A stretch of DNA of 64,000 bases from a virus: positions 1 to 64,000 of the IMG/VR virus record IMGVR_UViG_3300027805_000010; one strand, 5' to 3'. Positions 49,846-61,100 of the stretch are shown piece by piece. Position 1 is the first letter of the stretch. Every line of letters begins with the position of its first letter. Both the position numbers and the translations under genes were made by a program. Below the pieces are notes generated by a model. It made no database searches. It was not told the DNA's origin and was given only the letters and a program-made list of their open reading frames with translations.

Positions 49846-51702
49846 ATGTCATTCTTTAGTAAAACGCGATTACGAGCAAGCCAATTATTCTTTGATGCAT
49901 TTGAATATTTGCAAAGAACATATGACCAGGCAGCTGAGGTGTTTACACCAGCCTCGCCATTCGGGCAATTGTTAACGGTTGTTGCAAATTTAGGTGAAAT
50001 GATTTTCTATTATATTGAAGCAGTAGCAACAGAGCTTAATATTTTTAGAGCCAGAAACATTGAATCAATTTACGGATTATCAAGATTAACAGGTCATGAT
50101 CCAACTAGAGGGATCTCAGCCAAAGGAATTATTGGGTTAAGACTTAACACTAGCGCAGGCGGAGCATTTAGTGGAGACTATGTTCAAATACTTAACGGCG
50201 CTGCTTTAGAGGTTGGTAATAATAGTTTATCATACTTTTTAAGATTTGATAGTGATTTTATAAGACTTGAAAAAACCAATAGAGAATGGATAAATGTTGA
50301 ACTAATACAAGGTGAAATTGATAGCCAAACATTTACTGGTAGCGGTCAAGCATTACAAAGTTATAATTTAACTACAAAGGAACCTACCGACCAATACATG
50401 GTAACGGTTGATATAGATGGACAACTGTGGAAAAAGGTTGACTCTCTTTATGATATGGCTCCAAGCGAAAGGTCTTATATGTGTAAGACTAGTGTTAATG
50501 GTGGTTTAAGTATTTTCTTTGGTAATAATCAATTTGGCTATCCACCGCCATTAGGCTCAATCATTACGGTTACTTATGTTAAGACTAGAGGTAATGCAGG
50601 TAACATTGGTGGTAAAAATTTAAACATTAAGTTTAAAGATCCTGGTACTGATTTTTTAGGCAATGAAGTAGATCTTAATGAAATCTTATCGTTAAACATT
50701 GTTAGAAATCCTAACTTTGGTTCTGATAGCGAAGATCCTCAATTTACTAGACTTATTGCTCCATACCAAAGTAATTCATTTGTTTTAGCAAATCCAAATA
50801 ATTACATATACTATTTGAGTAAGTATGATTTCTTTTCTTTTATAAATGCATATAATACAAAAGATGACCAGTACATAAATGATGATAATATTATCTACCT
50901 GTTTTTAGTACCTGATATTAAGAAAAAGATAACAAGTGATACTGATTATTTCACAGTACCTTTAGAAGAATTTACATTAACCCTTGATGAAAAAGCTCAG
51001 GTTATTGAAACATTAAATAAAAGCGGTAGACAAGTAGTTACTGCCGAGGTTAGAATAGATGATCCTAACGTTAAGAAATACGTAATTAATATTGTGGTTC
51101 GTTGGATTGAAGGATATGATAAAAATGCAATAACAGTTGCAATTAGAAATACCCTTAATGAATATTTCCTAACAATTAATAGAAGAGATAGAGTTCCTAG
51201 ATCTGACTTAATTTCATTAATTGAAAGTATTGAAGGTATTGACTCAATTAATTTGTTTTTCTTATCACAAGAAAACGAAGAAGCTATCAGAAACGGATTC
51301 TATTTTGTACCAGTTTACGGTATTGATCCAGCAACTGATCAAAAGGTTTTAATTGAAAATAAGAAAATTATGTTAGCACCTGAAGAAGATCCTCAAATGG
51401 GATTAGATGAATTTGGTGATATCATAATAGGTTCAAACGATATTGTTGTAATTAGAGGAGGATGGGAAGATCGTAATGGTACATACTATGAAGAAACACC
51501 GGTACCTAATGGTATAGGTTCTCTTAATGTGTTCTATAAGAATATGATTAGTTCTAATCTTTATAACAAAACACAACAAGAAAAATTTGATGAGCTTAAG
51601 CGTAACCGTGGTACAACCATAGCTACCGGAAATAATTCAAGATCTACTAATGCAGGTAGACTTATTGGCGAATCAACACAGAGCGCTATTAAAAAAGTAT
51701 AA
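49846..51702 (+). CDS. Baseplate wedge protein, gp6-like
   Basis: ELNIFRARNIESIYGLSRLTGHDP, IFFGNNQFGYPP..GSIITVTY..T.G..GN; follows gp25. Confidence 0.8.
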   Translation: MSFFSKTRLRASQLFFDAFEYLQRTYDQAAEVFTPASPFGQLLTVVANLGEMIFYYIEAVATELNIFRARNIESIYGLSRLTGHDPTRGISAKGIIGLRLNTSAGGAFSGDYVQILNGAALEVGNNSLSYFLRFDSDFIRLEKTNREWINVELIQGEIDSQTFTGSGQALQSYNLTTKEPTDQYMVTVDIDGQLWKKVDSLYDMAPSERSYMCKTSVNGGLSIFFGNNQFGYPPPLGSIITVTYVKTRGNAGNIGGKNLNIKFKDPGTDFLGNEVDLNEILSLNIVRNPNFGSDSEDPQFTRLIAPYQSNSFVLANPNNYIYYLSKYDFFSFINAYNTKDDQYINDDNIIYLFLVPDIKKKITSDTDYFTVPLEEFTLTLDEKAQVIETLNKSGRQVVTAEVRIDDPNVKKYVINIVVRWIEGYDKNAITVAIRNTLNEYFLTINRRDRVPRSDLISLIESIEGIDSINLFFLSQENEEAIRNGFYFVPVYGIDPATDQKVLIENKKIMLAPEEDPQMGLDEFGDIIIGSNDIVVIRGGWEDRNGTYYEETPVPNGIGSLNVFYKNMISSNLYNKTQQEKFDELKRNRGTTIATGNNSRSTNAGRLIGESTQSAIKKV

Positions 51703-51707
51703 TAAAA

Positions 51708-51983
51708 TTGGCAATGAATTACTTAACAGAAAAAAGAAAAGGATATCCTAGTTTGTATAAAGCTACTTACGAGAGTGACTGGGAATTAAAAAATCTTGGG
51801 TATGACTATGGAAGTAATTTAATGTCTAAGATGTTATCTTCTTACATGTTTAGGAATGAAAGACTACGTCAATTTATTGATGAACATCTTAGTCCTATTA
51901 TGGTATACTTTATTAACAAGGTAAAGTATCTAAGAATTTATTATAACTTTGCTGTTCCTAAAGATTACGAAAAAATAAATTAA
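51708..51983 (+). CDS. Hypothetical protein
   Basis: ORF between baseplate genes. Confidence 0.55.
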   Translation: MAMNYLTEKRKGYPSLYKATYESDWELKNLGYDYGSNLMSKMLSSYMFRNERLRQFIDEHLSPIMVYFINKVKYLRIYYNFAVPKDYEKIN

Positions 51984-51984
51984 T

Positions 51985-54900
51985 ATGAATCGCTGGAAAC
52001 ATATATACTTTTTTGATAAGAACGGTAAATATTATAACTTTGACTACGACGAAGTAAATGATATTTGGTCCGGCAACATTTACCTGCCTGAAGTATCCAC
52101 TGGGTTATTCGAGGTTGGGCAAATGTTTATTCTTCAGGAATTTATTCAGCAATCAAATAATACTAAAAAGTTTGGTTATCCTCATTCATATGATGCTCCT
52201 CCTACAGGAGTTACAGGATACACTGGGTATACAGGTAACACTGGATCAACTGGCGGTAACACTGGTACTTGTGATTGGATTGTAGAATGGGAGACAACGG
52301 ATCCTGAAGATATTTTCTTATTCCAGTTTAATACTGATTTTAGTACAGCTACACAGTCTGCACTTGAAGTTGAAATCCCTGGTCCACCTTTAATTAAATA
52401 TGATCAAATTAGTGTACCTTTGGATTATGATCCATTACAAACGGTTGACTCTAATGGTTATGTTATTACAAATGATATACGATCTGAGACAATTCAAATC
52501 AACTTTACTATAAACTCAAATGAAGAGAATACATTTAAGAGGACTCTTATTGTTAAAGATGAATGTACAGGTACTATAGTAGGTAAGTTTACAGTATATG
52601 CAGAGACTATAGGCGAAGATGAACGTCTTAAGGTTATGACCGAGAATTTAGGTTATACCATATCTATGGATGACAGTTTAATATTTAGAGATACTAATGT
52701 ATATGAACAGTTTCCTGATTTTATTGAAATAAACCGAAAGAGAAAAGAGCTGATGATGGAAGGGCATAACATTTACCCTTACATTGGTTCTTATAAAGGT
52801 CTTATTAATGCCATTAAGTTTTTTGGTTATAATAATCTTCAAGTAAAGGAGTTTTGGAAAAACATAAATAAGTCTTCACCTAGATACGGTAAATACATTC
52901 AATCAAATCCTATCAGTATATTTGACCCACAGGTTAATTATAATGATATGTCAATTACTTTACCTAATAAAAATTTTAGAAAGACTAATATGTTTAGTCT
53001 GATTTATAAAATCAATCAGATTAAAGAAGGGTTTTATGATTCATTAGATCTTCCTATAACCGAGGAATCATTTGATTTTTCAATTGAAGAAGTGTTAATT
53101 AAATTATTTGGTTTAAAGAAAAAACTTGAAAAAGAATTCTTACCACTTAATGCTCATATTAAAGATATCGTAGGGGAGGCTGACTTCTTTGGATTGAACA
53201 GTATCACAAACACTGTGAGTAGAAATGATAAGAGAAACATTACTGCGGGTATTGCCGCAGATTTTAAAGTTTTTCCAGAAAAATGTACTTACCTAGAAGA
53301 TCTTAGAAATATTACTGGATTTTGTTTTAATTCAGGTGGTGTTGTTGGACAGGCTGTAGTTGGTTTATGTAATGCATATATTAATCCATACCAGATTGCT
53401 TCCGGAAGTGGCAGTATTACGCGTAATCTTTTATTAGGTCCATATACTCCAGGAGATCCTTTGCCACTTCCACCAATAGGCCCAGACCTTAATAGTGTAT
53501 TAGGTAGTCCTAGTGGAGGTCAAAACATTACTATTGGTGATGTCTCTAATGTATTCTTATCTTATTTTAGTAATTATGCACCTAACTTAAATAAAGTTGG
53601 AAATCCTCCGGCTGGGTATTCATCACTGTACCTACCAGACAAACCTAACATTCCTGTTGGTGCTGCTGTTGTTTTAGAAAATACCAGCTTTGAAACTTTA
53701 TCTTGGAATGATATTCGCATGACATACAATCAAGTATCTAATGCAAATAAATTTTATACATTTGACTTAGATCCACAAGGTGCATATCCTGGGGATATTT
53801 TTATTGTTAACGATCCTATAACTAATACTGGAGCAACATACACGGTACAGGCTGGTGATGATGATACTGACGTAAGAAATGCTCTTTATAATCAATTACA
53901 ATCATTAAAGGCTACTTTTATTACGCCTTGGTTACATTGGGATTTAAGCCAGGTTACTTTACCAACCACTGGATCTGCGATAAGAGTTTTTGGTAGTGAT
54001 ACACAGAGAATAGAAGTTAGAGTTATAAGAGGACCATTAAGTGGAGCTATTTTTAATAGAATTGAAAATCCTGGTGAAATCTTATATACCTGGAATAGCA
54101 TACAACGAGGTAACTTTAGTGAAATTGAGTGGATCATATATAAAGAAGAAACTGATGTATCTCCTGAATACTTTTCTAGTATAAGAGGGCCAATTAATCA
54201 GTATGATAAACTACCGTTAGTTTTACCTTATGTAGGTTCATATAGTGTAGAAATGAGAATGTATGATTTATTCAATAACATATCTTCAATTGTAAAAACA
54301 CATACTATTTGTGTTGATCCTAAAGAGGTTGAATACTCAGGGTGGTATCAAGCAAGAAAGGAAAATTATACATGGTCAGAAGAAGGTAAATGGAAATGGA
54401 AAGATTATGGTTCAACATGGAATCTTCCTATTGAGCCTAGCGTAACCTGGGATGAAGAAACTCCAAGTCTATATGAATCTCTAGATCGTGTTAATGCAAT
54501 TTTAAATAACTTTGGGTTAGGCGCATCTCCTAATTTTACACTTCTTAATTTTCAAAATAATGGAAATGTTAGTTTTTCAGGTCCTTACTTCTGGAATAAT
54601 CTAAGCGGAGGTAATTGGAATGATTCATATCATTTATGGTGGGACTTAACTTCTGTTACTGGAGATACTCCTGCATTTTTTCAATTTAAAGAAATTGTAC
54701 CAAACACGTATCTTAGGATAGATGATCTTAAAGGTAATATCGGATCTTTTTATTTTGATCAAACAATAACGACATTGGCACAAGCAGCAGCCGGATTAAA
54801 TTTAAGTAATGATCCTATCATTAATAAGTATATCTATAATGTAGTATATGACGCGACAAACAATGAAAAATTCATACAAGCAGTATCAAGATATTTTGGA

Positions 54901-55371
54901 TCTTACGGTGATTGGACTAATGTTGATATTGTTGACGTTAATGATAATAGAATTTGCGCTCCAACCGGATCAACAGGGACAACTGGTAATACTGGGGTCA
55001 CTGGCAATACTGGAATAACCGGTTTAACTGGCAATACTGGTACAGGATGTGCTAGTCTTATCTATAGAAAAGGTCTTCATACAGCAAGTAACCCATCTTG
55101 GGTAACCGCAAGGTTTATTAATGAGGGTGTTACTTTACCAAAATTAACATGGATCATGTTTGTATATGATAAATGTAAGATAAATGGAAAAGATAAACCT
55201 AGATGGATCATAAAAAATACCTCAGATTCTTCGATGCCTGATATATATTTTGAAAGTAAGTACTTAACATACCTATTTCAAAAACCAGGTAGATATGAAA
55301 TAGGTTTAGAACTTACAGATTCTAATGGGAATAAATATAAAAAGGAAAGAAATATCCTAATAATAAAATAA
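51985..55371 (+). CDS. Large baseplate wedge protein (gp7-like) with PKD-like repeats
   Basis: YIGSYKGLINAIKFFGY..L.VKEFW; GSYSVEM.MYD and PGRYEIGLELTD. Confidence 0.55.
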   Translation: MNRWKHIYFFDKNGKYYNFDYDEVNDIWSGNIYLPEVSTGLFEVGQMFILQEFIQQSNNTKKFGYPHSYDAPPTGVTGYTGYTGNTGSTGGNTGTCDWIVEWETTDPEDIFLFQFNTDFSTATQSALEVEIPGPPLIKYDQISVPLDYDPLQTVDSNGYVITNDIRSETIQINFTINSNEENTFKRTLIVKDECTGTIVGKFTVYAETIGEDERLKVMTENLGYTISMDDSLIFRDTNVYEQFPDFIEINRKRKELMMEGHNIYPYIGSYKGLINAIKFFGYNNLQVKEFWKNINKSSPRYGKYIQSNPISIFDPQVNYNDMSITLPNKNFRKTNMFSLIYKINQIKEGFYDSLDLPITEESFDFSIEEVLIKLFGLKKKLEKEFLPLNAHIKDIVGEADFFGLNSITNTVSRNDKRNITAGIAADFKVFPEKCTYLEDLRNITGFCFNSGGVVGQAVVGLCNAYINPYQIASGSGSITRNLLLGPYTPGDPLPLPPIGPDLNSVLGSPSGGQNITIGDVSNVFLSYFSNYAPNLNKVGNPPAGYSSLYLPDKPNIPVGAAVVLENTSFETLSWNDIRMTYNQVSNANKFYTFDLDPQGAYPGDIFIVNDPITNTGATYTVQAGDDDTDVRNALYNQLQSLKATFITPWLHWDLSQVTLPTTGSAIRVFGSDTQRIEVRVIRGPLSGAIFNRIENPGEILYTWNSIQRGNFSEIEWIIYKEETDVSPEYFSSIRGPINQYDKLPLVLPYVGSYSVEMRMYDLFNNISSIVKTHTICVDPKEVEYSGWYQARKENYTWSEEGKWKWKDYGSTWNLPIEPSVTWDEETPSLYESLDRVNAILNNFGLGASPNFTLLNFQNNGNVSFSGPYFWNNLSGGNWNDSYHLWWDLTSVTGDTPAFFQFKEIVPNTYLRIDDLKGNIGSFYFDQTITTLAQAAAGLNLSNDPIINKYIYNVVYDATNNEKFIQAVSRYFGSYGDWTNVDIVDVNDNRICAPTGSTGTTGNTGVTGNTGITGLTGNTGTGCASLIYRKGLHTASNPSWVTARFINEGVTLPKLTWIMFVYDKCKINGKDKPRWIIKNTSDSSMPDIYFESKYLTYLFQKPGRYEIGLELTDSNGNKYKKERNILIIK

Positions 55372-55378
55372 AAAAACA

Positions 55379-56020
55379 ATGGCAATAAGCGTAACAGAAA
55401 TTCTTGGAACAGATTCATTATCAGGATCTAGATTGGTTATCAATGATAACTTTAATATTCTTGCTAGTGAGATTAATGCAATGGAGGTTTACTTTAATCC
55501 AACTGCAGGTACTATAACTAATCTTAATGATCTTAAAACGGAAGCTTTAAGAGTAGGTTTAAGTACGGTCTTACTTGACATTAATGCAAATAACTTTAAC
55601 ATATTAACCCGTGTTAATTTAAGTGGTAATCTTAACCTAAATGGCGGCGGTCTATTTAGAAATGATATTGATCCACAAACTTTAAATGATACCTACGCTG
55701 GTCCTTCCATGACAATTGCGGTTGGTACAAGTACTGCAATTCCGCCTTACACAGTAGAAAGAGTAGGTAATACTTCAACAAGTGTACTTAACATTGAATT
55801 AAATGATGGAAGTATCGGTCAGGAAATATTCTTTGTTTACTCTGATGCTACTACTGGTGTTGTTGAAATCGCAGGAGCAATTGATCCTATTATTTTAGAT
55901 GGTGGTACCGCTATCCAATTAAATGCCAAAGGTCAGTCCGTTCATTTATTATGTGTTGATGATGGTACAGGAAATGGTGATTGGTATATTACTGGCGGTA
56001 GTGGATATACTATCGTGTAA
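55379..56020 (+). CDS. Virion structural protein
   Basis: ILGTDSLSGSRLVINDNF fibre-type N-terminus. Confidence 0.5.
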   Translation: MAISVTEILGTDSLSGSRLVINDNFNILASEINAMEVYFNPTAGTITNLNDLKTEALRVGLSTVLLDINANNFNILTRVNLSGNLNLNGGGLFRNDIDPQTLNDTYAGPSMTIAVGTSTAIPPYTVERVGNTSTSVLNIELNDGSIGQEIFFVYSDATTGVVEIAGAIDPIILDGGTAIQLNAKGQSVHLLCVDDGTGNGDWYITGGSGYTIV

Positions 56021-56042
56021 AAAGATTAAATTAGACTAAAAT

Positions 56043-58157
56043 ATGGCCACAACGCCTTTAATTAAAACACCTCAGGCAGACGGAGGAACTTTTTATACTT
56101 TCTCTTCAGCTACAAGAGACCTTTCTAAGACTTTGAATAATGAGAATCTTAGACTGGTCTTTTCTAAGTTTGTGCTTCTTAATATTCCAGATTTTGATAG
56201 GTTAGACCCTAACACATTTGGTAACTTTCAAAACTACATGCAGTTTGATACCATTGATGGTATGATTGCAAACGGTGGATTGAAAGGAGACCCTAATGTT
56301 AACTGGACTGAAAGTCTACAAAACTATGCTTTTAATTTAGAGGAGTTAATCTTAACTAATTCAGGTTATGATAACAACGAAAGACGTTCAGTTTCAGAAC
56401 GTGTATTTTTTAAATGGCTAAAAGAAACTGGTGCTATTCGTTTTAGACAAGCTACAAATCTAGAAAAGAGTGGTTTAGTTACCGGTAGTGCATATGTAGA
56501 AGAAGATGAAAAACTTACAGGTTTAACACAATACCGAAGAGTAGTTAAGTATGTAGGCGATATTGATATTGTAAATAATGTAGACAGAGCTGGAGAAGCA
56601 TATACCGAGTTATATATTAACGTACCTACAGAAGTGGGTAATACTCCGACTATCCTCTTTGATACTATATCAGATAATAACTATCAACCTAATCTTAAGA
56701 TCATTGGATCAGATGAATATATCCAAGGTAGAAATGTAAATACAATCCACCCACAAGGTTTAGATATCTTTGCATTTTATGATTATGATCAACCTTTGTT
56801 AGGAGCAGGACCTGCTGGGTATACCGATCCTAATGCGAACTGGATGGATGAAACGACTCCACCTAGTACAATTGATGCATACTTTACGGAACCTATTACA
56901 TTTGATGATTCTCTTAATGATGACATTAGAAAATATCCTGCTGATTATAATAGCCCAGCTGGATTTAGCGGAGTTGCATATAGAAGAAGTAGATTAGATG
57001 GTATCACTGTAGATTTTAATCCTAATCATTATCAACAAATTGTACAGGACCCTTCAGTTTCTACTATACAACAGTTCAATGGAACAGATCTTTCGTCTAC
57101 CTTTGAATTCAACTCAGTATTAGTTTATTATGATTTAGTTGATCTAAGTAACTCTGCAAATACTACAACCAATTTATATGGTATTCTTATGTTGGATAAC
57201 ATCACACCTACAGTTGATGGTGGATTTATTCAAAGATATCCAAAATATAAGCCAAACAAAGTTACTGGTCAAAACGGTAACAGTTATGGATTTAAGATAA
57301 ACTTACGCTTTGATGCTTCACCTGGAACATCAGGAGTTGATACAATTATTAATGACTACAATACATTCTCAATGGGTCTGTTTGTTGATGCAACAACCCA
57401 GTTACAAGAATCTGCAAAAATCTTCCAAAGACAACAGATTCAGATTAGAGAATTAGATGTTAGGGTACAAGGATTAGAAAATAGTATTACTGCTGCGAAT
57501 GCAGTAACTTCTCTTCAAGACCAGATTAATAATTTACAAAAGCAACTTGATAACGCATCGCTTTCAATGGCCAATGGAACTACTCTATTGGATTTGATTG
57601 CAAAAAATGCAGAAGAAATACAGTCGTTAGCAAATGGAAATATTTCAACGACTCTTCAATATAACACAGATGTATTAAGAGCTGGTCCAGGTATTGCACT
57701 TAATCGTAATACGCCTAACCAAGTTAGAGTTGATGTAATTACTCAACAGTATACATTTATGATTCCGTTTGATGAAAATGGAAACGAGATCAATTTTAAT
57801 AACCCAGTTGATCTTAACGTGGCTTCTCCTAAAGCATTTACTTCTTTAGAGACATTTACAAACATGTTAAGAATTAATACAATTAACACCGCGGCTGGCG
57901 ATTTATTAATTTACATCGATGATAGTGCAATTCAATGGAAGAAAGGTCAAACTATAAGATTGACTTTTAATAATAATTTAGCAATAGGTTCATACAATAT
58001 GAGAATCTTTACCGATTCTATTAATCGACTTAATCAAGGTGTATACGGTGTAACTGTAGCTATCATACCTAATGATGAATTAAGTACAAAACCTATCATT
58101 GAATTAATTTGTACCGAGCAAGGTATATTAAATTTTGTCTATGACATTATCAAATAA
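56043..58157 (+). CDS. Virion structural protein with coiled coil
   Basis: 704 aa in the late cluster. Confidence 0.5.
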   Translation: MATTPLIKTPQADGGTFYTFSSATRDLSKTLNNENLRLVFSKFVLLNIPDFDRLDPNTFGNFQNYMQFDTIDGMIANGGLKGDPNVNWTESLQNYAFNLEELILTNSGYDNNERRSVSERVFFKWLKETGAIRFRQATNLEKSGLVTGSAYVEEDEKLTGLTQYRRVVKYVGDIDIVNNVDRAGEAYTELYINVPTEVGNTPTILFDTISDNNYQPNLKIIGSDEYIQGRNVNTIHPQGLDIFAFYDYDQPLLGAGPAGYTDPNANWMDETTPPSTIDAYFTEPITFDDSLNDDIRKYPADYNSPAGFSGVAYRRSRLDGITVDFNPNHYQQIVQDPSVSTIQQFNGTDLSSTFEFNSVLVYYDLVDLSNSANTTTNLYGILMLDNITPTVDGGFIQRYPKYKPNKVTGQNGNSYGFKINLRFDASPGTSGVDTIINDYNTFSMGLFVDATTQLQESAKIFQRQQIQIRELDVRVQGLENSITAANAVTSLQDQINNLQKQLDNASLSMANGTTLLDLIAKNAEEIQSLANGNISTTLQYNTDVLRAGPGIALNRNTPNQVRVDVITQQYTFMIPFDENGNEINFNNPVDLNVASPKAFTSLETFTNMLRINTINTAAGDLLIYIDDSAIQWKKGQTIRLTFNNNLAIGSYNMRIFTDSINRLNQGVYGVTVAIIPNDELSTKPIIELICTEQGILNFVYDIIK

Positions 58158-58178
58158 ATAATAAAAGTATCTAAATAA

Positions 58179-61100
58179 ATGGCCGAAAATAATTCAATAT
58201 CAACACTTTTACCTGAGCTGTTAAGACTTTTTAATAACTCACTTGAAAGTTTTGAAAAGGTTAATCAAGCAATAACTTCAAACAGGGATTCAGTTACCGT
58301 CAACATTCAGAATGAAGATGGTACAAATTCTCGTGTAACTATTCCATCATTTGGGTTTCTTAAAAACTCCGTTGATCGTTTACAATCAAATATTAATACT
58401 ATTACAAACGTTGGTGGTGGGTCAAGTTCAGTTAGATTAGCCGACGGTACATTTAGAAAATTAGTATTAGCGAAACTTCCTACTGAAGCACCAGACTTAA
58501 CCTCTATTAACTCAGTTAATCAGTTTAGGATAAAACCTAATTGGTTCTTTGAAGAGCTCATTAATCCGCTTCTATACATTTCGTTTGACTTAACTAACCA
58601 GGTACCAATTGATACCGAGAAGGCAATCATACAGAGATACATTTTAGATACTAATACGCAGGCAAAGATCCAATTCTTTGACAATAATTATAATGGTAAA
58701 TCAGGCTTAGATTATTTTACATTCTTACAGGAAATCGTAGAAAGAAATATCTCATATGTACTGGATGAAGCGGTTGTTGATTTGCCACCTAGAACAAAAA
58801 GATATACCGGTAAATTTAGTGTTACTAGAATTACTGAGGTTGATTTTACAGAGGAAATCAATGGAGTTTCAGTAACTTCACCAAAGAAACAGTATAAACT
58901 TAACAAGATATTTTATACTGATTCCGAAGCAGACTTTAATGACACCGTACAGTTAAAGGTTGGTGATAGCGTTGAAGTGGTATCAAATCCAATAGATACT
59001 CGCTACATAGTTAAAAGTGTAGACTCTAGTACAAGTACGGTTATACTTGATTTAGTTGAAGGAACTCGCCCAATTCAAATTGGAGCAGATATTTTAAAGA
59101 TTGGATCAAGCATAAATAACAATGTACAGGTAGACGTTACGGTAGGCTTTAATGAAAGATGTGTAACCTTCGTTAAACCGATTGATCCGGATTCAAAGAT
59201 TCCTGCTGTCAATTGGTCTCCAGGTGCTGGGTTTTATACGAACGCTTTAACAACTATTGCTGAGGATGGTACTCAACAAACACTAGCTGACTATTATCAA
59301 AGATATGCAGTTGATTTTGGTAAGTTCTTATTATCATTTGCTGAAGATAAGATACCTACAAGTAGAGAAGGTCTTATACCTAATGCTCCTGCACCTACAT
59401 CGGCTGACTTTAAAGTTAAACTAGTTAATGGCCAAGTTACTAATGCAGATGCAGTAGTTCAATTACAAGATCTTAATAATCAAAAGAATACATTGGATTC
59501 AACTCTTAAGGAGTTGGATACTGCAATATCACAATATAGAACTAAGATCCAAACTACCAATTATGCAACTAATGTTGAGCGTGACGCTGATAAGAATGCA
59601 TTACAAGGGTTAATAACTGAAAGAAGTTCTCAGGCTGAATTATATGCATCTATAGTAAAAGAAATTGATGCAAAGAGTAAAGATAATTCAGTTGCAAGTA
59701 TTACACCTAAATATAGAGCTCGTGGTTTTTGGCCAATGCCACAGGAAAAATCTTCTCCTGCAACTGGACCACAAGCTGTTGTTAAATTTAAGATAAGATA
59801 TCGTTATCTTTCTCAGGATGGTGCGGCTAACCCAGTTGATCAATTTACATTTGTTGATGGTGGTTCACAGAGCCAAGGCGCATTTTCAAATTATGAAATT
59901 ATTGAAAGTGTTTTAAGACCTAGAGGTAAGAACCCAATTACTGGACTTTACCAATGGGCACCAATTAATAATGACAATGCAGATGCGGTTAATATTAACC
60001 AACTTGATATTGCAATTAGAAAAGGTGAAATTTTAGAAGTACAAGTTAAATCTATATCTGAAGCAGGTTGGCCATCAAATCCACTTGAGAGTGAATGGTC
60101 AGAACCAGTTAGAATTGAATTTCCAGCTGACTTAAGTTCTGATAGTGCAGTAGAAGCAATTCTTGCACAAAACAAACAGGATATAGCAAAAGTTAGTCTA
60201 CAGGAAACTCTAAATGCCAAAGGTATTGATGAACATTTAAGTAGTTCATTTGTTGCCAATGAAAAATATTATGCTCACAGCGCACAGGTGATTGCCTCAG
60301 GTTTCTTATCAGAGAACCAAACGCCAGTTGACTTATTTAGTAAACTTGCAGAAATGCAAGCACGACTAGATGAATTCAGTGAAATACTAAGAAATGCTTC
60401 AGGTGAGTTAGCGGTTACCTTAGTTGATGATCAAGGTAATGTAATTAATCTTAATCGTAATTCAACTACAAAGGTATTTGCTGGATTTTATTTTAATGAA
60501 GTTAAGGCACTTGATGATCCACGCGGTGCGATCATTAGTAAAACATTCTTTATTAATATTGCAAATGCTGAGCAGACTGGTTTAAGATTAATATCAAGAG
60601 TTGCTGGTTCAAGAAACAGAATGACTAAGCAATCAGAGAATCCTGGTTATACAAATGCGGAAGCTGCAAATGGAACTGTTATTTTACCTGCAACATATTC
60701 ATGGTTAGATAACAGTGCAACAAATCAAAGTGATGGTAGACCTACATATGTAGGAAATGATACTGATTATAACACAATTCGTAAATATGACTTAACGCCT
60801 ATTTTGTTGACTAACCCATCGGTTACTTCTACAAGCAAGTATGGTCAAACTATATCTCTGTCACCTTATCAATCTACACAGAATAAGAATCAATTTATAT
60901 ATGCAAGATATAAAGACGTTTCATCCGAGGAGAGTTTTTATAATTATCTAAATCCTGATAATGATTACACGTTTAACTTAGACACATGCGAAAACTTTTT
61001 CCTAAAAGATAACTTTTCTTCAGTGGCTACAGCCGGTGAGTTTATTTGGGGTGGAGGTTTTGATGCAGCTGGGTTACCAACAACGTCGCCTAGCTACGAT